Under the pieces are notes generated by a model. It searched no databases, was not told the origin of the DNA, and worked only from the letters and a program-made list of their open reading frames with translations. Source: a virus (Duplodnaviria; Caudoviricetes). Taken from it: a stretch of DNA of 27,948 nt. Below, one piece after another: positions 23,907 through 27,948 of the stretch. Both the position numbers and the translations under genes were made by a program. The stretch lies in the IMG/VR virus record IMGVR_UViG_3300033067_001461, positions 1-27,948 of that record. One strand, 5' to 3'. The first letter of the stretch is position 1. Every line of letters begins with the position of its first letter.

Positions 23907-24382
23907 AAAAATATTTGTGTGGGGTCTATGGATCCACATGGTCCCAAAGGGATGGCGCTTACGTGTTGGTGCCCGATAGAGCCTCTCGTACCGTAAGCAG
24001 CAGCGAGAGTAGAAGCAGGAATAAAGATGACGTGGTTGATGAGTCTAAGCCAGATGACATACCCAGCTATAGCTCCGCAGTGAACGTGTGGGAGCATTTC
24101 ATCGATCTGGTGAGGCTCTATTGCTGAATGTGGGAAGAAGGCGCCCGCTATGCTTTTGGTGTCCAAAAGAGCGGTACGCCCTTTATGAGTCACTACCCAG
24201 TCCCATGGGGTTTTGACTTGTATAAGCTTTTTAAGCCCTACGCGTTTGCAGCCTTCTGGGAAACGAGTGATGGCTAGGCCTTTATTATGCCCACAGGAAC
24301 GAACGAACACCTCTTCAAAGGCTTGGCCATGTCTTTTGGCACTAAGCCCAGCCTGACGGCGTTTAGGATTACTCAGAGGCAT
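23903..24382 (-). CDS. RecU-like Holliday junction resolvase (PD-(D/E)xK nuclease)
   Basis: HGQAFE..., PWDWV...ALLDTKS...F....I..HQ..EM....GAIAGYVI matches the RecU pattern. Confidence 0.75.
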   Translation of the reverse strand: MPLSNPKRRQAGLSAKRHGQAFEEVFVRSCGHNKGLAITRFPEGCKRVGLKKLIQVKTPWDWVVTHKGRTALLDTKSIAGAFFPHSAIEPHQIDEMLPHVHCGAIAGYVIWLRLINHVIFIPASTLAAAYGTRGSIGHQHVSAIPLGPCGSIDPTQIFL

Positions 24383-24572
24383 TTAAAGGGGCCTTTCGCT
24401 TTAGACAGGAGAGACAGGTGACTTCTTTCCAGTCAACGAACCTTGCGGGGATGGGTGAGCAAAGGGCTCTCCCTAAGATAGGGTCTGACTTATGAACGAT
24501 TCGAGCTTTTACCTGAGGCGATCTGCGTTCAGCATGTCTGCTAGTTTTTTTACGCGGAGTGTCTGTGCTCAT
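24369..24572 (-). CDS. Small Zn-finger-like protein
   Basis: VH...ALC...EVTCLSCLKR. Confidence 0.5.
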   Translation of the reverse strand: MSTDTPRKKTSRHAERRSPQVKARIVHKSDPILGRALCSPIPARFVDWKEVTCLSCLKRKAPLNASE

Positions 24573-24574
24573 AA

Positions 24575-24856
24575 CTATTTTGTGGGTTCAGCTCCTGGGT
24601 TCTCTCCCAGAGCAATCTGCTCAATCACCACAGCACTCACTCCGTAGGCGTAAGAGAAATTAACGCACTCGCTCCTTCTAATAGGGATCCTAGCTTTCCC
24701 CTTTTCTAAGGCAGCGATTCGAATAGTGGGGATCCCAGAGAGATGGGAGGCGGTGATGATGTCTAGATGCACTGCTCTGCGCCATTTATAGAGCATTCTT
24801 CCCATGCGCAGATCGATTTCTTGTTGCCTGAGCTCTTCTGGGGTTAAGGGCTCCAA
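24575..24856 (-). CDS. XRE-family HTH protein
   Basis: MGRMLYKWRRAVHLDIITASHLSGIPTIRIAALEKGK; start uncertain (TTG at 24856 chosen). Confidence 0.6.
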   Translation of the reverse strand: MEPLTPEELRQQEIDLRMGRMLYKWRRAVHLDIITASHLSGIPTIRIAALEKGKARIPIRRSECVNFSYAYGVSAVVIEQIALGENPGAEPTK

Positions 24857-25032
24857 AGGACAGCTACTCCTAGTAGGAAAGCAAAGGCCACATAGCCGCC
24901 AAGAAGCCAAAGGCTGTCAATCCAGAAGTGTCGTCTATGTGTATCGATAAGTGCGATAACGACCACAAAGGGGAGCCCAAATAAACAGGCCATAAAGAGA
25001 GCTGTACTGCCCGCTATGGCTGTATTCATCAC
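24844..25032 (-). CDS. Small two-TM membrane protein
   Basis: Two hydrophobic segments; coupled to neighbours. Confidence 0.55.
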   Translation of the reverse strand: MMNTAIAGSTALFMACLFGLPFVVVIALIDTHRRHFWIDSLWLLGGYVAFAFLLGVAVLWSP

Positions 25033-25337
25033 GTTGGGTGACCTTGGTAAAAAGGATTGGAGTTGTTGTCTTTAGAAGACATTCGTTCGTTATAAGCGGC
25101 TTTTGCTCGTTTAAAGCCCCTAGACCAATAAGAGTCATCGCAGTCAATATGTTGACGCCTGTTGTCTTGGATAACAGTTACATCGATAGGGAAGATCGTA
25201 AGCTCACAGCGTGAGCAATAGTCTAAGGATTGATCACTCAGAGCACTTGCAGCAATGTACCTAGAAAGCCCATCGGCCCATTGAGCGTGCTCAATTGAGT
25301 TCAGAAAGTTTTCGTGATCCTGATTTGGTGACTCCAC
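25029..25337 (-). CDS. Hypothetical protein (CxxC)
   Basis: 102-aa ORF; GGAG RBS; YCSRC motif. Confidence 0.55.
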   Translation of the reverse strand: MESPNQDHENFLNSIEHAQWADGLSRYIAASALSDQSLDYCSRCELTIFPIDVTVIQDNRRQHIDCDDSYWSRGFKRAKAAYNERMSSKDNNSNPFYQGHPT

Positions 25338-25473
25338 CCGTCTCTCCCCTTAGCTTCTCAATGAGGTCTACTAAGGATCTCACTGTGTCAAGCCTCATTA
25401 GGATGTGTATGTGGCCTAGCTCATCCCGTTCAACGATACGTTTCTTGATCGCTTCCAAGTCAATGGGTTCCAT
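25291..25473 (-). CDS. Hypothetical phage protein
   Basis: IDLEAIKKR...VRSLVDLIEKLR, a common small phage protein pattern. Confidence 0.55.
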   Translation of the reverse strand: MEPIDLEAIKKRIVERDELGHIHILMRLDTVRSLVDLIEKLRGETGGVTKSGSRKLSELN

Positions 25474-25492
25474 GTACCCAAGGGTAACGCAG

Positions 25493-25732
25493 CTATCTAA
25501 CTTTCCTAGCTCTTTTCTTAGAACTAGGAGCCTTTGCCCACCTGACTAAAATTCGCCTGCCAGTCAACATTTCAAGCTGGGAAACTGTGGTCTGTAAATG
25601 GGATACTAGCTCTGAAGCTTTAATAAAAACCGGATCAGTTTCTAAGACCTTTTGCACCTGAGCAGCTATCTTTCGATCCTTTGGGTTCTTGGCACTTACT
25701 TTAACTATTCTTTGCGCGGAGTATCTGCTCAT
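25493..25732 (-). CDS. Basic hypothetical protein
   Basis: AAGGAG RBS; ATGA overlap with the RNase H stop. Confidence 0.55.
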   Translation of the reverse strand: MSRYSAQRIVKVSAKNPKDRKIAAQVQKVLETDPVFIKASELVSHLQTTVSQLEMLTGRRILVRWAKAPSSKKRARKVR

Positions 25733-26235
25733 TGTTGCTCCTTGAGCCAAGAGATTGATCTACACGTTCTATCAACCAAGGACGTCCTCAAAAGAGTTCT
25801 TTTTCTTGCTACCTCAGCAAGATGATCAACTCGTTCATTCATCACATCTCCAGAGTGTCCTCTAACCCACTCAAACTCTATGAGTATTGACTGCATCTCC
25901 CAATCTAAAGACTTCCATAAATCAATATTCTTAATGCCACCAATTTTGGTCCACCCAGAGCTCTTCCATTTTGCTAGCCATTTAGTGCATCCATTAATTA
26001 CATACTCGCTATCACTGACGACTTTGAGGGCTAATCCATAGGATTTATTAGCTCTAATCGCTTCAATAACAGCGATCATTTCCATTCTATTATTTGTTGT
26101 TTCGTCCCCACCAAAACCCATTCCGTGGGAGAACTCTGTACACCAGGCCCATCCACCACTCCCTGGATTTGGGAAACAAGACCCATCTGTCCATATCTTT
26201 AATTCGTTCAATCCACATTTCCGTTTCTTCCCCAT
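25729..26235 (-). CDS. rnhA: Ribonuclease HI
   Basis: WTDGSCFPNPGSGGWAW, TTNNRMEM, SDSEYVINGCTKW, KNIDLWK, WVRGHSGDVMNERVD: all D/E/D/H/D catalytic residues present. Confidence 0.95.
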   Translation of the reverse strand: MGKKRKCGLNELKIWTDGSCFPNPGSGGWAWCTEFSHGMGFGGDETTNNRMEMIAVIEAIRANKSYGLALKVVSDSEYVINGCTKWLAKWKSSGWTKIGGIKNIDLWKSLDWEMQSILIEFEWVRGHSGDVMNERVDHLAEVARKRTLLRTSLVDRTCRSISWLKEQQ

Positions 26236-26815
26236 GGGCAGGGAATGTTCGCGAGCGCAGCGATACCTAAGGAAGACTTAGAATTCTTCCGATACTTCCA
26301 GCTGATAGCGCACACGCCTGTCCCGATTCTCCTATTCCCTCTTAGGTGAGGTATTCAGAACCATGACTACCCCTCAGAGGTTACTGGCAAGCCAGCCCAA
26401 AGAGAGTTGATTAGGGGTTAGAGAAGAGGGTGTGCCCCCCCATGCCCATCACAGCTACGTGCCTTCCGGGGTCTCTCCCTTAATCGAAGTTAGCTAGAGG
26501 GACCGTCCCGCTCGCTTGCTTCAACCCCTTCATGTAGCCCCTCGGATCTAGCTCCAGGGACCTATGCTACCCGTGTTAGCGGGGAGGGGCTCCGCACCCC
26601 CACGCGGGTTACGCCAGCTTATGGCACCCACGCTGTAAGCCTCATGAGGAAGGCTCCAACAAGCCGTTGTCTGCTTGGCTTAATCTCTGATGAATGTTTT
26701 GGAGTTGCTTCCGGGGCTCTCCCGCTGTACCTCCGAGACATTCATCTTGTTTAAGCACCACGATGAATGCCCCAGCGGATTGAGGCTGTCAAGCTTCTCC
26801 GTTGGGGCTATTTCC
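26236..26815. ncRNA. ORF-free, densely structured region (candidate ncRNA or RNA-primed origin)
   Basis: No ORF of 60 aa or more; at least eight stem-loops visible by eye; TTGACA on the minus strand at 26787-26792. Confidence 0.5.
26769..26813 (+). terminator. Long hairpin with short U-tail (possible plus-strand terminator)
   Basis: gccccagcgga-tt-gaggct-gtca-agcttc-tccgttggggc then tattt; G-U pairs favour the plus strand. Confidence 0.4.
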
Positions 26816-26827
26816 AAAAGGAACTAA

Positions 26828-27049
26828 ATGAGCCACGAATTGGATGAACTCTCGAATGTGTTGAAGATAACTCTGGAAGAGAACACCATGGTGTTGTTTA
26901 AAGTCCCAGCAGACGAATGCTCCAACGTTGGGAAAAACCTTGACGCCATGAACCACTTATTTAAGAAGCACGGCATCACAGCTCTCGTATGCCCAAGCCA
27001 TTACGAAGTAGTGGTGATCAATCCTAAAGAAAAGCAGGACGTCAATTAA
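26828..27049 (+). CDS. Hypothetical protein
   Basis: 73 aa, AAGGA RBS; lone plus-strand gene beside the structured region. Confidence 0.6.
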   Translation: MSHELDELSNVLKITLEENTMVLFKVPADECSNVGKNLDAMNHLFKKHGITALVCPSHYEVVVINPKEKQDVN

Positions 27050-27084
27050 GTCCCTTCTAAAAACATGGAATACTCCAACTGGTC

Positions 27085-27177
27085 CTACCTCTTGTCTCCG
27101 GGGGTAGATACCAACCCCATGACTACGATAGTGAGGATAGTCGCTATAAGCATGAGGATGTGAGAGATCAGTTCCAT
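27085..27177 (-). CDS. Small membrane peptide (30 aa)
   Basis: Own translation MELISHILMLIATILTIVVMGLVSTPGDKR. Confidence 0.35.
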   Translation of the reverse strand: MELISHILMLIATILTIVVMGLVSTPGDKR

Positions 27178-27182
27178 ACTTC

Positions 27183-27404
27183 TCATATCGACTCCTTGTC
27201 TTTAGTGTCCCATTGACCCCTGCCCGCTGCTTCCCACCGCTGCTTAGCTATTTCTAAAATGTCTTGGTTACTCCCGCCCACATTTGCCACAGGGACTTTT
27301 GGATCGGCACAGAGGCATGGCTCCTCGGTGACCTCAGAATCGTCTAGGTGCTGATATTGACGGACTCCGTAGCCCCCACATAGGCAATTAGGATCAGGAC
27401 GCAT
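27183..27404 (-). CDS. Small Zn-ribbon-like protein
   Basis: CLCGGYG...EPCLC. Confidence 0.55.
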   Translation of the reverse strand: MRPDPNCLCGGYGVRQYQHLDDSEVTEEPCLCADPKVPVANVGGSNQDILEIAKQRWEAAGRGQWDTKDKESI

Positions 27405-27579
27405 CCGTAGCGCCTGTAAAATGCTTTAAAGGGACAAATAAAGTGCTCTTGCACTCACAATCCCAGTAATAGCCAACGTAGGATCCTTCATCAGTTTCTA
27501 AACGGTGATCCTGAGGGATAGTTTGATGCACCTTGCCGCAGCCGCATTGCTTAGGCTTAGTCAGTTGAATGTCGCTCAT
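27394..27579 (-). CDS. Small Zn-ribbon-like protein
   Basis: KQCGCGK...WDCECKSTL; GAGG RBS. Confidence 0.6.
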   Translation of the reverse strand: MSDIQLTKPKQCGCGKVHQTIPQDHRLETDEGSYVGYYWDCECKSTLFVPLKHFTGATDAS

Positions 27580-27767
27580 TTTAGCCTCTTGGTGGATTTC
27601 CCATCCATTCGGTCTTTAAGCTCGGTCGTAATCTCTTCTATAAACTTCACGTCTTCTGGGTGACCTAAAACCTGATAAATGCTCACCAAACGATTCAAAT
27701 AATCCACAATATCTTTGGCTACGTCCGAGTGGATCGCCAAATACACGACCGATTTTTGCTTAGCCAT
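27576..27767 (-). CDS. Hypothetical protein
   Basis: 63-aa ORF coupled to the next gene. Confidence 0.6.
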   Translation of the reverse strand: MAKQKSVVYLAIHSDVAKDIVDYLNRLVSIYQVLGHPEDVKFIEEITTELKDRMDGKSTKRLK

Positions 27768-27773
27768 ATATCA

Positions 27774-27790
27774 ATCATAACGCCACGCGT
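27774..27790 (-). promoter_or_regulatory. Putative promoter (leaderless geometry)
   Basis: ACGCGTGGCGT-TATGAT, with the hexamer 6 nt before the ATG. Confidence 0.4.
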
Positions 27791-27902
27791 TCTAAAGTAA
27801 TAGTGTGTATTTTTAGACACATGCCTCATACTTGACCTGGGCACTATCCCACCTACCCAGGTGCCCATTAGATCCGGGCTATTCTCCTTGGCCCCAGGAT
27901 CG

Positions 27903-27948
27903 CCAGACCCAACCCAATCATGGATCGATCAAGTCGGGTCTGGTTTTT
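27903..27948 (+). terminator. Intrinsic terminator-like hairpin
   Basis: ccagaccc...gggtctgg followed by ttttt at the window edge. Confidence 0.55.

Noticed and set aside
26236-26815. tRNA, tmRNA, RNase P RNA, group II intron or retron msr-msd
   Set aside because: No T-loop/CCA cloverleaf, no GAGGAAAGUCC, no domain V motif, and no reverse transcriptase in the window
1-27948. Alternative genetic code or stop-codon readthrough
   Set aside because: Core genes are full length in the standard code, and the terL halves are 3.4 kb apart, so readthrough cannot join them

Overview
A ~28 kb stretch of a tailed dsDNA phage or prophage with podovirus-type (P22/T7-like) architecture; the host cannot be determined from this window. 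Almost all genes are on the minus strand. Reading right to left: small early genes; a ~590-bp ORF-free, highly structured region upstream of an RNase HI gene; an XRE-like HTH protein; a RecU-like resolvase; the small terminase; and a large terminase SPLIT into two separate genes (ATPase half 22134-22838, lid plus nuclease half 17898-18716) with seven ORFs between them, including a beta-helix spike-like protein. Next come the portal, an opposite-strand island of tiny mosaic genes with an excisionase-like HTH, scaffold, major capsid, a tail fibre-like protein, a GT2-TPR-GT4 double glycosyltransferase, a 5-Cys peptide, adaptor, nozzle, GNAT and ejection proteins. Best leads: (1) the split terminase; (2) a possible ColE1-like RNA-primed origin or large ncRNA beside a phage RNase H; (3) virion or peptide glycosylation; (4) two hairpins 5.4 kb apart with mutually complementary loops; (5) gene-junction repeats that differ only at synonymous sites. 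All protein calls come from motifs and synteny read by eye; no database search was run.
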